NCBI GenBank assembly: GCA_963803805.1
Contig: CAWDOD010000002.1
Span: forward strand, 192,001 to 256,000
DNA from: an uncultured cyanobacterium
GTDB taxonomy: Bacteria > Cyanobacteriota > Cyanobacteriia > Cyanobacteriales > CAWCAG01
Direction: 5' to 3'
Length of the DNA stretch: 64,000 bases
A program made the translations under genes and the position numbers. Below are positions 42,018-53,691 of the stretch, in pieces (within the stretch, counting starts at the first letter, position 1; each line of letters starts with the position of its first letter). Below the pieces are notes generated by a model. It did no database searches. It saw only the letters and a program-made list of their open reading frames with translations, and was not told the origin of the DNA.

Positions 42018-43493
42018 CTATGGATGACGAATATATTTATAAACATCCAAGTAGTTTTCTCCTGGCTTATTCCAAGAATAATCGTAGCCCATACCTTGCT
42101 TAACCAAGGTTACAAATTCATCAGGAAATTCTGACCATAAATCCATAGCCCTTCCTAATGCTGATTCTAGGGCATTGTCATCACTTTGATAGAATACATA
42201 GCCATTACGTTCTTTGGGGGGTTTAGTTTCGTCATAATCTTGATCAAACACAGTATTAACTAAACCTCCTACCCCCCTAACAACAGGTACAGTACCGTAG
42301 CGTAAAGAAATTACTTGGGTTAGCCCACAAGGTTCATAATTACTAGGTACAACGATCATATCTGCCCCAGCATAAATGAGGTGTGCCAATTCTTCATTAA
42401 AACCTAATTCTAAATGGCAGTCTGGATTATCATTTAAAAATTCTTTTTCGTGCTGGAACCAACCATTAATCTCTTTATCTGTTGCTGAACCTAAAAGAAC
42501 AAATTGTCCGCCCCGATGTAGAGTGTAATAAAGGGCATGATGAACTAAATGTACTCCTTTTTGCTGATCTAAACGACCAATAAAAGCAACTAATGGTTTA
42601 TCTTCTTGGCGTAATAATAACCGTTCTCGCAGGGCTTTTTTATTCCAAACTTTATCTTCCAAACTTTCTTGAGAATAGTGATGGGGTAAATGAGGATCAA
42701 TTTCTGGATTCCACATCTGATTATCAATCCCATTGAGAATGCCGCTAAACTTGTTTTGGTGTATTGCCAAGGTATCCCCTAAACCGCAACCTATATCCGT
42801 AAAACGTGCTTCCCAAGCGTGGTGAGGAGAAACAGTATTAACGTAGTTGGAGTAGACAATACCTCCTTTCATTAAGTTAATCGCAAAGGGATTAGAATTA
42901 TCTTGGAGGCGATCGCGGTTAAAGTAATAAGCTTCGTTATTCAACCCTGTTGCTTTGAGAATTTCCCCTCCAGAAACCCCTTGATGTTTAAAGTTATGAA
43001 TGGTGTAGCAAACCCTTTGCTTTTCCATACCGTGATACTGATAAATTTCATACAACATCACTGGTACTAAGCCCGTTTGCCAGTCGTGGCAATGGATGAT
43101 ATCGGGACGCTTGTTACTTTTCAGTAAGAACTCTAAAGCCGCTTTACTAAAGAAGGCAAAGCGCATCTGATCGTCCCATTCACCGTAATAAACACCCCGG
43201 TTAAAGAAATTATCCTGAGAATGAGGTTCAATGAAAAAGCATAACCTGCCATGCACCCAACCACAGTAAACAGAACAGTGTATTTCCCCATCGTACCAAG
43301 GAACCCAAAGGTCATTATAAGCATCATGCAAGCCCCAGATATGGTCGTAACGCATACAATCGTACTTAGGCAAAATAAGTTCAACGGTATTGCCACGAAT
43401 TTCTAATTCTCTACTAAGTCCGTAAACCACATCACCTAAGCCGCCAGCTTTAATAACGGGCGCACACTCTGAGGCTATTTGCACAATGTACAT
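42018..43493 (-). CDS. glgA: Glycogen synthase
   Basis: KAGGLGDV, HCHDWQ, PSNYEPCGLTQ. Confidence 0.97.
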   Translation of the reverse strand: MYIVQIASECAPVIKAGGLGDVVYGLSRELEIRGNTVELILPKYDCMRYDHIWGLHDAYNDLWVPWYDGEIHCSVYCGWVHGRLCFFIEPHSQDNFFNRGVYYGEWDDQMRFAFFSKAALEFLLKSNKRPDIIHCHDWQTGLVPVMLYEIYQYHGMEKQRVCYTIHNFKHQGVSGGEILKATGLNNEAYYFNRDRLQDNSNPFAINLMKGGIVYSNYVNTVSPHHAWEARFTDIGCGLGDTLAIHQNKFSGILNGIDNQMWNPEIDPHLPHHYSQESLEDKVWNKKALRERLLLRQEDKPLVAFIGRLDQQKGVHLVHHALYYTLHRGGQFVLLGSATDKEINGWFQHEKEFLNDNPDCHLELGFNEELAHLIYAGADMIVVPSNYEPCGLTQVISLRYGTVPVVRGVGGLVNTVFDQDYDETKPPKERNGYVFYQSDDNALESALGRAMDLWSEFPDEFVTLVKQGMGYDYSWNKPGENYLDVYKYIRHP

Positions 43494-43789
43494 AAAATTG
43501 AATTCCCTGAGCTTAATAAAACTTCATTTTTATCTTTTCATAAGATAGAACGAAGGTTCTTTGTCCTGCAAGTGTAGAGTTCCCCTATTTCTTAAGTATG
43601 AGAACTGACATTAGAGTACTCCAATTAATGAAGTATCTAAGATTCTTTGGTTTTTGGCTATTACCTATTAGCATTGATTTCATTTTTTATGATTGGAGAT
43701 GTTCAATTCTAGATAAAAATTGATAGCTTTTCTCTCTCTGCTGAAATACACCTCAACTAGTCATTAGCCATTAGCAACTAGCAATTATC

Positions 43790-45178
43790 CTATTCATTCA
43801 TATTACGATATGTAGCCACTGAAGAAGGAGAAATACGATTAAGATAGCGAAAAATCCAATACTTTAAAACTGTATCTAAAATAACCGGAAAAGTGGCGAT
43901 GAATAAGAAGTTGAAGTCCCTACTTTCCGGTATACCAAAATGTCGAGCAATACCTTCTAGGATAACCTCCCAACCATGGGGAGAGTGGAAACCTACAAAC
44001 ATATCGGTAAATAAGATAATCAGAAAAGCTTTGGCAGAATCACTTAAACCGTAGATAATTTCATCTAAAAAAGATTTTAAAATAGCAATTTCTCTTTTGC
44101 TAATTAAAATAATCCAAGCAAAAGCAATCAAGGAAAAAATATCACCAAAGACATTACCAACTACATCTGTACCCTGATGGCGATATTCTTCAGCAATCTC
44201 CTGGGCTTTTTCTTTGATTTTTTCTTCTATTTGTTGAGAAGATATCTCTGGGGCTAAGCCAATTAAACTTTTAAAATGTAGTTTTTCTTCATAGCGATGC
44301 AATTCTGTAAAAGCTTCTTCCTCCATATCCTCATTAACAAAAACAACCTCACTATTTTCAGGAAAAAATTTGGTTTTGATCAGAGGACTCAAAATGAAAG
44401 TTTTAGCAACTTGATGAGTTAATAAAGGAACAATAATCAAAAGCAGTAAAAACTTAACAGAAATTGCTGTTTTGTCGCGAGAACGGCGAAACTTCTTAAT
44501 AACTTCCTCTTCTGTCTCCCTCGATTGGGGATTTATTTCTCGCCTAATACGTTTAAGGGTACGCAATATTGATCTCGGTAGTACTCCAGTTTTGTCAGTA
44601 ACAGTTTCTAAATTCGTGTCTTCTTCGTTAACAAATTTTTTAGACTGTTCTGGTAAAGAGAGTTGAGTATTCTGAGGTTTAACTAAACTCTTGTTTTGAG
44701 ATTTACCAGGTATGCTCTCTGTGATTTTAGCATCATTGGTTTGATTCTTAACTTGAACTAAAGAAAGAGACTTTTTCTGAGAAATTCTTTGTTTTTCATA
44801 CTTAGAAATAACCTCATCAATAAACTTAAGTTTATCAATAAAAACGGCTGCTTTTTCGCGAACTTCTTCATCATAATCGTCATGATAGTCAGTCAAATTA
44901 TCGTTGTAAATATCCCCCATATTGATAAATGAGCTACTAGTCTTGAACTCAGCCAACCTAACTTTAGCAAGTTTGAGGTTTTTTCTAACTTCTGCATTAC
45001 AGTAAGAGGTAACTCTGTGGCCATATTGAGAAGAATCAGTCGGTATTCTCTGCCCATCAAAATATTCATCTTCAAGGGCTTTAATAGTCAAAGCAGCACG
45101 ATAAGCCTGCTCTAAAGCCCGGTCGGGAGTACCCGAAAACCAACGTTTGGCTGTACGAAAGATAGCTTTGAGTTCCAT
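43790..45178 (-). CDS. pxcA: Proton extrusion protein (CemA family)
   Basis: TPDRALEQAY, FVGFHSPHGWE, FPVILDT..KYWIF. Confidence 0.95.
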   Translation of the reverse strand: MELKAIFRTAKRWFSGTPDRALEQAYRAALTIKALEDEYFDGQRIPTDSSQYGHRVTSYCNAEVRKNLKLAKVRLAEFKTSSSFINMGDIYNDNLTDYHDDYDEEVREKAAVFIDKLKFIDEVISKYEKQRISQKKSLSLVQVKNQTNDAKITESIPGKSQNKSLVKPQNTQLSLPEQSKKFVNEEDTNLETVTDKTGVLPRSILRTLKRIRREINPQSRETEEEVIKKFRRSRDKTAISVKFLLLLIIVPLLTHQVAKTFILSPLIKTKFFPENSEVVFVNEDMEEEAFTELHRYEEKLHFKSLIGLAPEISSQQIEEKIKEKAQEIAEEYRHQGTDVVGNVFGDIFSLIAFAWIILISKREIAILKSFLDEIIYGLSDSAKAFLIILFTDMFVGFHSPHGWEVILEGIARHFGIPESRDFNFLFIATFPVILDTVLKYWIFRYLNRISPSSVATYRNMNE

Positions 45179-45297
45179 AGAAACGCTATAGAGGGGGATG
45201 AAGAGAAAAGTACAGATTGTATCTAACCTGACAAAATGCCTAGAATTAGATAAGTGAAAGTGTACGGGGTATATTATCAGATTAGCCTATAGTAAAA

Positions 45298-47418
45298 ATG
45301 CCAAGGCAATTGAGAAAATGGATCGTCGGACCAACTCGTAGTGGTAAAACTACCCAGCTAGTTAAAGAATTTAGGCAATGGGTAATAGAAAAACTAAAGA
45401 AAAGACAGTTTCTAGGACAATTGAGTCCGGCTGTCCTGGTTTTCGCTGCTAATGACGATAATCGAAGAGAGTTAGCGGATCAATTAGCGATCGCAATTCA
45501 AGGTAGCTATCCAGTAATTTCTAAAACTCCTTTAGGATTTATTTCTGATGAGGTGATGCTTTTTTGGCCATTGCTTTTTGAGTTGCTTGATCTTAAAGCA
45601 CAATTTCCTCTCCGTTTACGACCAGAAACAGAACAGGAATTAGCAACTCAGTTATGGCGCAAGTCTTGGCAACAGGAGGAGTGGCAACTATCTGGTGTTA
45701 TGGAATCTCGTTTAGTGCGACAAACCTTAGACTTATTGCAATTAGCAGGGGCAAATGGCACAGAAACAGAAGGTATTCCTCATATTCTCGCATTAGGATT
45801 GCCGGAACAAGAGTGGGAAAACTCTATAATTGCCATAGGTAGAAAAGATGTACCCCTGTGGCAACATATGACAACCTTACTCCTAAAGTGGCGACAATGG
45901 TGCTTAAACCGGGGTTTACTCAGCTACGGCATCATTTACGAACTATATTGGCGTTACTTACTACCTAACCCCACCTATCAACAACATTTAACTAGTCGCT
46001 ACCAAGGCATTTTTGCTGATGATGTAGATGATTACCCGGCGATCGCCGGGGATTTATTACAGTTTTTATTAGATCAGGGTGCTACAGGAGTTTTCACCTA
46101 TAACCCCCAAGGAGGAATTAGGTTAGGACTAAATGCTGATCCCCAATATTTGGGTAACTTAGCTACCTATTGCCACATAGAAGATTTAACTACTGCGCCC
46201 TTACAGGGGCTAGGACGAAATTGGCACGAAACCATAGTGCAAATGGTCAAAGGGGAACTTTTCATCCCCCGCTTACCCCCTACAGTACAATCAATTCAGA
46301 CCACATCCCGTGCTGCTTTATTAAGGGAAACAGCTAATCGGATTATCCAAGAAGTACAACAAGGAAAAGTAAAAGCCTCAGAAATTGCTGTGATTGCCCC
46401 TGGTTTAGATGAAATCGCCCGCTATAGCTTAATAGAAATGCTAACCAGTCAAGGTATCGCTGTCGAACCCCTCAACGAACAGCGCCCCTTAATTAGCTTT
46501 CCCCTAATTAGGGCTTTGCTTACCTTATTGACACTCATTTATCCTCATTTAGGACGATTAGTAGACAAAGACGCTATCGGAGAAATGTTGGTGATTTTAA
46601 GTAGGAAACAGCAAGGAGAAGGGCAATTAATTGCAGCCATCGACCCAGTTAGGGCTGGTTTATTAGCAGATCATTGCTATAGTCCTAATCCAGAACAACC
46701 CTGTCTTTTAGGGATAGAATCATTTCCCCGTTGGGATCGTTTAGGGCATCAAGCTAGCCAAGCTTATGAAAATATAGTGCAGTGGCTAGAAGGTAAAAAA
46801 TCATCTCCAGACCAACCCCTACCAAGGGTTGTTGATATCCTTGAGCAAGCCAGCAAACACTTTTTACAAAATGCCCCTAACTTACCCTACAATCAGCTAG
46901 CAGCCTTAAAAGAACTAATGGAGACTGCCCAACATTATTGGCAGGTGGAGGGTCGCTTAAGAGCTAATGAAACTAGGGATAAATCTTATACTGCTGGAAT
47001 CGCCCAATTTATTCAACTACTGAGGCGAGGGACTATTACAGCTAATGCCTATCCCCTAGGACCATTAAAAGCATTGAAGCAAGAAGCCATTACCCTAGCT
47101 ACTATCTTTCAATACCGTTCTAGTCGCCGTTCTCACCGTTGGCACTTTTGGCTAGATGCGAGTTCCAGTCTTTGGTCTAAAGGAGGTGCGGCTAATTTAT
47201 TCGCTTCCCATCTTTTTCTACGCAACTGGGAAAAACGCCCCTTAACACCCCAAGAAAATGCTCAATTGGAGGAGGAACGTCTGATCAACATTTTAAAAGA
47301 TTTATTAGGGAGAGTTGATGAGCGTATTATCCTCTGCCATAGTGATTTAGCCGTTAATGGCAAAGAGCAAAATGGCCCCTTATTAGGATTGGTTCATGCT
47401 TCAGTGACAATTACATAG
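45298..47418 (+). CDS. Conserved cyanobacterial helicase-like P-loop protein
   Basis: GPTRSGKT Walker A; degenerate Walker B ADDVDD; IAVIAP. Confidence 0.7.
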   Translation: MPRQLRKWIVGPTRSGKTTQLVKEFRQWVIEKLKKRQFLGQLSPAVLVFAANDDNRRELADQLAIAIQGSYPVISKTPLGFISDEVMLFWPLLFELLDLKAQFPLRLRPETEQELATQLWRKSWQQEEWQLSGVMESRLVRQTLDLLQLAGANGTETEGIPHILALGLPEQEWENSIIAIGRKDVPLWQHMTTLLLKWRQWCLNRGLLSYGIIYELYWRYLLPNPTYQQHLTSRYQGIFADDVDDYPAIAGDLLQFLLDQGATGVFTYNPQGGIRLGLNADPQYLGNLATYCHIEDLTTAPLQGLGRNWHETIVQMVKGELFIPRLPPTVQSIQTTSRAALLRETANRIIQEVQQGKVKASEIAVIAPGLDEIARYSLIEMLTSQGIAVEPLNEQRPLISFPLIRALLTLLTLIYPHLGRLVDKDAIGEMLVILSRKQQGEGQLIAAIDPVRAGLLADHCYSPNPEQPCLLGIESFPRWDRLGHQASQAYENIVQWLEGKKSSPDQPLPRVVDILEQASKHFLQNAPNLPYNQLAALKELMETAQHYWQVEGRLRANETRDKSYTAGIAQFIQLLRRGTITANAYPLGPLKALKQEAITLATIFQYRSSRRSHRWHFWLDASSSLWSKGGAANLFASHLFLRNWEKRPLTPQENAQLEEERLINILKDLLGRVDERIILCHSDLAVNGKEQNGPLLGLVHASVTIT

Positions 47419-47700
47419 AGTAGTCATACCAAATCCTGCCCTTGTTGCATGACTTATCTATTAGGGTGGGGAGCAGGGAGAAGGGTTTGAGAACTTTACT
47501 CCCTGATTTTATAGAGGTACTTTATGAACCGGATTTGGTGTTATCTGTCAGTCTGTCAATTTAAAATTGACAGGGTTTGGGGCATTAAAACTTTTATTCC
47601 GTTGCTCTTGTTTACAGGCCTCAGTCATTTTATTTGCAACCTACTACACCTTAATTTAGATAAATTTAATTAGTATTCACATATTCTAGGTGCAAACAAC

Positions 47701-50195
47701 TTGAATGTTCTTTATGCTGCTGAATTACTAAGAATAAAAGCAAATTCAAAGCTAAATCCAAAAGTTAAATCCACATTAGGGCAATTCTTCACCCCTCAGC
47801 CCATAAGTTTATATATGGCTTCTCTATTTAATAAAATTGAGGGCCATATCTCGCTGCTAGATCCTGGATGCGGCTCAGGCTCACTAACTGCCGCTTTTAT
47901 CGATGAGTGTTTGAGAAGAAAAAAAGTAAAGTCTATAAATATCGATGCTTTCGATATAGATTCAGTCATTCAACCTTTTATCAATGAAACACTGTTGCTA
48001 TGTGGTGAAAAGTCTGAAAAACAGAGTGTCTCAATTAAAGCAAATTTCATCTTAGATGACTTTATTTTCAATAAGACGAAAAAGAAAAATTTAGGGTTAT
48101 TCACGAGTCAAAGTGGCTATAGTCACATAATAATGAATCCGCCCTACAAAAAAATAGCCACTAAAAGCGCACATAGAAAAGCTTTGAAAAGTGTTGGTAT
48201 AGAAACAGTAAACCTTTATACCGGGTTTGTTGCACTTGCTATACAGCAACTCAATAAGGGGGGGGAATTAGTCGCGATTATCCCTAGATCTTTTTGTAAC
48301 GGTGTTTATTATCAACCATTTCGTGAATTTCTGCTTGGTAAAACAGCCGTTAGACAAATACATATTTTTGATTCGCGTTCTCAAGCTTTTGCTGATAGTG
48401 GTGTACTTCAAGAAAATATCATCATTCATTTAATTAAGGGAGCAAAACAGCAGGAAGTCATAATTACATCCAGCCCTGATGCCGACTTTGAAATTGATGA
48501 ATCAACCCAAAGCATAACAGTAACCGATCAAACAACTCGCACAGTTGCGTTTACAGAAATAGTCAAATCAAATGACAAACGAAAATTTATCCATATCGCA
48601 GCTAACGACATAGATCAGGTAGTAATCGACAGATTATCTTGTTTCAGTTCAACATTGAATGATATCAACCTTCAAGTCAGTACAGGTTCAGTAGTAGACT
48701 TCAGACTTAAAGAAGATTTACGACCGAAGATTGAAAGTGGTGCTGTCCCCTTAATATATTCATCTCATTTGAATGGAGGGGTAAATTGCCCAAAGATTTC
48801 AAAAAGCCCAATGCGATCTCAGTGTCTAGTAAATCGAGAAGTTGGCTTTGGAAAAATTCAGGCAATTTTGTGATTGTTAAACGGTTTAGTAGTAAGGAAG
48901 AGAAACGTAGAATTGTTGCTGCATATTATGATGGCTCTTTACCTAGTGAATTAATTGGTTTTGATAATAAGCTAAATGTTTTTCATAATTCTAAACAAGG
49001 TTTTGGTAAAGATGTTGCTCTTGGTCTTTATGTTTATTTAAACAGTACCTTACTAGATAAATATTATCGATTGTTTGGTGGACATACCCAGGTAAATGCT
49101 ACTGACTTGAAAGCTATTTGTTACCCTGATCTTGAATTATTAAGGTTGATGGGAAAGTTAGCCCACAGTGCAGAGTTATCACAAAAACAAATTGACGAAA
49201 TATTAGAAGAGCAACTGGCAAAAATGGTAGGCAATAACGATAACCCTCTGGCTGTTCAGGAAAAGATTGACCAAGCATTAGAGATATTAGCTTTATTGGG
49301 AATGCCCAAAGCGCAACAGAATGAGCGATCGGCACTTACATTGTTGTCTTTAATCGATTTAAAACCAGATGGTTCATGGACTGATCTAAAAAGACCAATG
49401 ATTGGTGTAACTCCGATCATGAATTGGTGTGAAGAATTTTATGGCAAAAAATATGCGCCAAATACCCGTGAAACCTTCAGACGACAAACACTTCATCAGT
49501 TTATTGATGGTGGGCTTTGTCTTTATAACCCAGATCGACCAGACCGCCCTGTGAACAGCCCCAAAGCTTGTTATCAAATTACTACTGAACTTTTTGATGT
49601 TTTGGTTAAATACGGTACTGATGAATGGAAAACAGCTTCTTCAGATTGGTTAGAACATAGAGAAACTTTGATAACTCTATACGCCAAAGAACGAGAAATG
49701 GAGATGATTCCTTTGACTTTGGATGATGGTACGGAGATTAAACTCAGTCCAGGGAATCATAGTCAGTTAATACGAGATATTGTGATGGAATTTGGCCCTC
49801 GTTTTGCCCCTGGTTCGGAAGTAATTTATCTGGGTGATACGGGAGCTAAGGAAGATTTTTTCAGAAAAGAAAGGTTGGCTGAATTAGGCGTTACAGTAAA
49901 TCGCAAAGGGAAGTTGCCAGATGTGATTCTTTACTGGTTAAAGAGAGATTGGTTGTTGTTGATTGAATCTGTTACCAGTCACGGTGCGGTAGATAGTAAA
50001 CGTCATAGTGAACTAGCTACACTTTTTGCTAAAGCAACCCCTGGTTTAATCTATGTGACGGCTTTTCCAGATCGCAAAACTATGGCTAAATATTTAGCAG
50101 ATATTTCTTGGGAAACGGAAGTTTGGACTGCCGATGCTCCAACACATATGATTCATTTTAACGGCGATCGTTTCCTCAATCCTCATGAAAAATAG
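47701..50195 (+). pseudogene. Fused adenine methyltransferase + BsuBI/PstI-family endonuclease, frameshift near 48787-48791
   Basis: LGQFFTP, LDPGCGSG, MNPPY in ORF1; ORF2 carries the methyltransferase C-terminus (GHTQVNATDL) running into endonuclease motifs QQNERSAL, YAPNTRETFRRQTLHQF, GKLPDV, ESVTSHG. Confidence 0.8.
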
Positions 50196-50253
50196 CGCAA
50201 AATTAATCATCAAAACTGAATATATTTTGTTTCTCCATACCGAATCTACTCAA

Positions 50254-51702
50254 CTAAAACTCTTCTGACTCTTGCATATTATTCAGTTCGACTTTCTTGG
50301 GTATGCGAATACCAATAGTTTTTTTGATTGTGTACCATACTAGCCAACTAAAACAAACTGTAAACATACCAACTGAACCGATACCAATCAACTGTACTAA
50401 TAACTGCTTCACTCCATCAAGATTACCACCCATCAACAATCCTGCCATAGGCCCTTCACCTTGGGCATAGAGATTACCAGAACCCTGACTAAAAAGACCA
50501 ACAGCTATAGTTCCCCAAATACCACAAACTAAGTGTACAGGTACAGCCCCTACCGGATCATCAATTTTGATTCTGTCTAAAAATTCTGTAGCAAAAACAA
50601 TTAAAGTTCCTGCCACTAAACCAATTACTGCTGCTGAGCCAGTACTGACAAAAGCACAGGAGGCTGTAATACCAACCAATCCTCCCAAAATACCATTGGT
50701 AATCATAGATAGATCCGGTTGGGAAAAATACCACCAAGAAGCGATCGCAGCAGCAATTCCCCCTGCGGCGGCAGACATATTTGTGACAACAATAATATGA
50801 ACGATTACTTCAGGGTTAGCAGCCATAGTTGAACCAGGATTGAAGCCAAACCAACCTAACCACAGAATCAAACAACCCAAGGTAGATATACTCACATCAG
50901 TCCCTAGTAGAGGTTCTGTAGTGCCATCAGGATGATACTTACCTAAGCGAGGCCCTAGTAAAATTGCCCCGACGAGGGCGGCCCAACCACCTACGGAATG
51001 AACAATTGTAGAACCAGCAAAATCCCAAAAAGCCAAAATTGTCTCTCCAGTTTGCTGATCTTCAAATAAATGAGACAGCCAGCCATCTCCCCAAACCCAA
51101 TGACCGGTGATGGGATAAGCAAGGGCCACCAGTAATAAGCTAAATAACACAAAAGCAAAAAATTTTATCCGTTCAGCAACAGCCCCAGAAACGATAGTGG
51201 CAGCAGTTCCAGCAAATACTAACTGGAAAAAGAATTTCGCCTTAAGAGGGACTCCTGTCCAACTCAAAGAGGTAAAAACCCCTTGGTAGTTATCTCCCAT
51301 AGCGGGACTATTATCTACGCCAGTAAGGAAAAATCCTTGGGTTCCTAAAAAGAAATTGCCATCACTGAACATTAAGCCAAAACCAAAAGCCCAAAACGAA
51401 GCTGTTGCCAAACAGAAAACAATCAGGTTTTTTCCTAAGATATTTACCGCACTTCTTTTACGGCAAAGTCCTGTTTCTAGCATGGCAAAGCCTGCATTCA
51501 TAAAGAATACTAAGCAGGCAGTAAAAATGACCCAGACTGTATCTAAGGCAACTTTTAAAGACTCCAAGCTTAAGGTATCTAAATCTTGTTGAGCTAACCC
51601 TACAGAAGTCCACGTTAGCAGAATCACTATAGTTAGAGGTAAGCAAGCTGACCATTTTAGTCGCCAGCTTTTTTTCCGCTTGAACCTTCTTAGCTTCGTC
51701 AT
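50254..51702 (-). CDS. amt: Ammonium transporter
   Basis: DFAGSTIVHSVGG, WLGWFGFNPGS, IDDPVGAVPVH. Confidence 0.95.
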   Translation of the reverse strand: MTKLRRFKRKKSWRLKWSACLPLTIVILLTWTSVGLAQQDLDTLSLESLKVALDTVWVIFTACLVFFMNAGFAMLETGLCRKRSAVNILGKNLIVFCLATASFWAFGFGLMFSDGNFFLGTQGFFLTGVDNSPAMGDNYQGVFTSLSWTGVPLKAKFFFQLVFAGTAATIVSGAVAERIKFFAFVLFSLLLVALAYPITGHWVWGDGWLSHLFEDQQTGETILAFWDFAGSTIVHSVGGWAALVGAILLGPRLGKYHPDGTTEPLLGTDVSISTLGCLILWLGWFGFNPGSTMAANPEVIVHIIVVTNMSAAAGGIAAAIASWWYFSQPDLSMITNGILGGLVGITASCAFVSTGSAAVIGLVAGTLIVFATEFLDRIKIDDPVGAVPVHLVCGIWGTIAVGLFSQGSGNLYAQGEGPMAGLLMGGNLDGVKQLLVQLIGIGSVGMFTVCFSWLVWYTIKKTIGIRIPKKVELNNMQESEEF

Positions 51703-51866
51703 AGATATTGAGTTGAGCTTAAGTAAAAACCATACTAAGAATAGTTCAACAAAGTTGATTCAACAATAGCTATGGGAAATTGGCTATTATTTGTTATTTG
51801 CTAAATAATTAGGCCATCACCCAATCTTCTTTTGCTGATTAGTGTCCTTAACGAATCCTAAATTTC

Positions 51867-53465
51867 TTAGAGAGAAACTTTAACCGGAGTACGATTTTGC
51901 TTAAAGTCTACTTCTAAGGGCTTAATCAAAGACTTACCAGTCATTTCTTGGGGTTGAGGTAACTGCAAAATCTCTAAAATAGTTGGGGCAAGATCTGCTA
52001 AACAACCATCGGGGCGCATCTCCACTTCTGTACCATAGCCAGGGATTTTCCTTGCTTCTCCTTCAACGATGATCAAGGGTACAGGATTAGTGGTATGAGC
52101 CGTCCAAGGATTGCCTTGTTCATCCCACATATACTCGGAGTTACCGTGATCAGCAGTAATCAGAGTAGTGCCACTAACTTTATTCACACTTGCTAAAAGC
52201 TGACCTAAACATTTGTCTACTGCTTCGATAGCTTCTACGGTTTCCTTCATTTTTCCTGTGTGACCAACCATGTCTGGGTTAGCGTAGTTAATAACTACTA
52301 AAGAGTAAATACCCTTTTCAATGGCTGTACAAGCAACTTCTGTTACTGCGGCGGCGGACATAGCTGGGGCGCGGTCATAGGTGGCAACCATCGGGCTAGA
52401 AATTAGCTGCCGTTCTTCTCCTGGGAAGGGTTCTTCCAAACCACCATTAAAGAAATAGGTTACGTGGGGATACTTTTCTGTCTCTGCTGTCCGAAACTGT
52501 TTCAAATCATGGTTAGCAATCACTTCCCCTAGTATATTGCTCAAGTTTTGAGGTTCAAAGGCTACAGCAACAGGCAAAGTGGGATCATATTGCGTAAAGG
52601 TAAGAAAGTGCAAAGGTTCAATTAATTCTCGCTCAAAGCCATCAAATTTTGGGCTGACAAAAGCGCTAGTTAATTGTCTAGCTCTGTCTGGACGGAAATT
52701 AAAGAAAATGACTCCATCTCCTGGTTCAATTGCTCCTGGGGCTAATCTGGTGGCAGGAATAAACTCGTCAGTAATGTCTTCTTGATAAAAAGATTTTAAA
52801 ACATCAACCCCAGACCGACCATCTACGGGGCCATCATGAACCATAACATCATAGGCCTGTTTAACCCGCTCCCAACGTCGGTCGCGGTCCATAGCATAGT
52901 AACGACCGCAGATGGTGGTAATACGCCCGACCCCCTGGTTTTGGATAGCTTCTTCTAGCTTTTCTAAAGCAGATACCCCTGCAGTAGGTCTAGTATCACG
53001 ACCATCTGTAAAGGCATGGATACAAACATCTGTAATCCCTTGGGACTTAGCTAAGTCAAGTAAGCCATCAAGATGTTGCAGATGGGAATGTACACCCCCT
53101 TCAGAACAAAGACCCATTAAATGTAATTTGCCCCCGGAAGATTTTACTTTTTCGCAGATTTGCAATAAAGCAGAATTAAGTAAAATAGAGCGATTTTCTA
53201 CTGCATCGCTGATGCGTACCAATTCTTGAGGAACAACTCTTCCTGCACCTATATTAAGATGACCTACTTCTGAGTTTCCCATTTGACCATCGGGCAGTCC
53301 CACGGCTTTACCAGAAGTGTTGATGAGAGTTCTTGGGTAGGTTTCCCAAAGACTATTCATTACTGGTATTGTGGCATTAGCAACTGCGTTGCCATCTGTT
53401 TCCCGGCGATAACCCCAGCCATCTAAAATGACTAAGACTACGGGAGATACCGTTGTCTGAATCAT
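51867..53465 (-). CDS. gpmI: BPG-independent phosphoglycerate mutase
   Basis: ILDGWG, MGNSEVGH, AETEKYPH, DMVGH, TADHGN. Confidence 0.98.
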   Translation of the reverse strand: MIQTTVSPVVLVILDGWGYRRETDGNAVANATIPVMNSLWETYPRTLINTSGKAVGLPDGQMGNSEVGHLNIGAGRVVPQELVRISDAVENRSILLNSALLQICEKVKSSGGKLHLMGLCSEGGVHSHLQHLDGLLDLAKSQGITDVCIHAFTDGRDTRPTAGVSALEKLEEAIQNQGVGRITTICGRYYAMDRDRRWERVKQAYDVMVHDGPVDGRSGVDVLKSFYQEDITDEFIPATRLAPGAIEPGDGVIFFNFRPDRARQLTSAFVSPKFDGFERELIEPLHFLTFTQYDPTLPVAVAFEPQNLSNILGEVIANHDLKQFRTAETEKYPHVTYFFNGGLEEPFPGEERQLISSPMVATYDRAPAMSAAAVTEVACTAIEKGIYSLVVINYANPDMVGHTGKMKETVEAIEAVDKCLGQLLASVNKVSGTTLITADHGNSEYMWDEQGNPWTAHTTNPVPLIIVEGEARKIPGYGTEVEMRPDGCLADLAPTILEILQLPQPQEMTGKSLIKPLEVDFKQNRTPVKVSL

Positions 53466-53691
53466 AATTATTTCCTCTATAAGTTAAATTTCTTCAACGC
53501 AATGATGATAACACTGAGACTTGTCTTGCTTATGTAGTTTCTGCTTAGAAAGCGTTTGCTTTGTGCATTGTACATACTTACGGTCGTTGAGGATTGGCAC
53601 GGAAGAATTGCAAACTACTCACATTAGGTTTGTGTTTTCTCTTAAATAATATAGCAATCTGATTTGATTGGGAAGTAGGGGCTTGAATTAC

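Noticed and set aside
51723-51735. NtcA box upstream of amt
   Set aside because: GTA-N7-TAC rather than GTA-N8-TAC.
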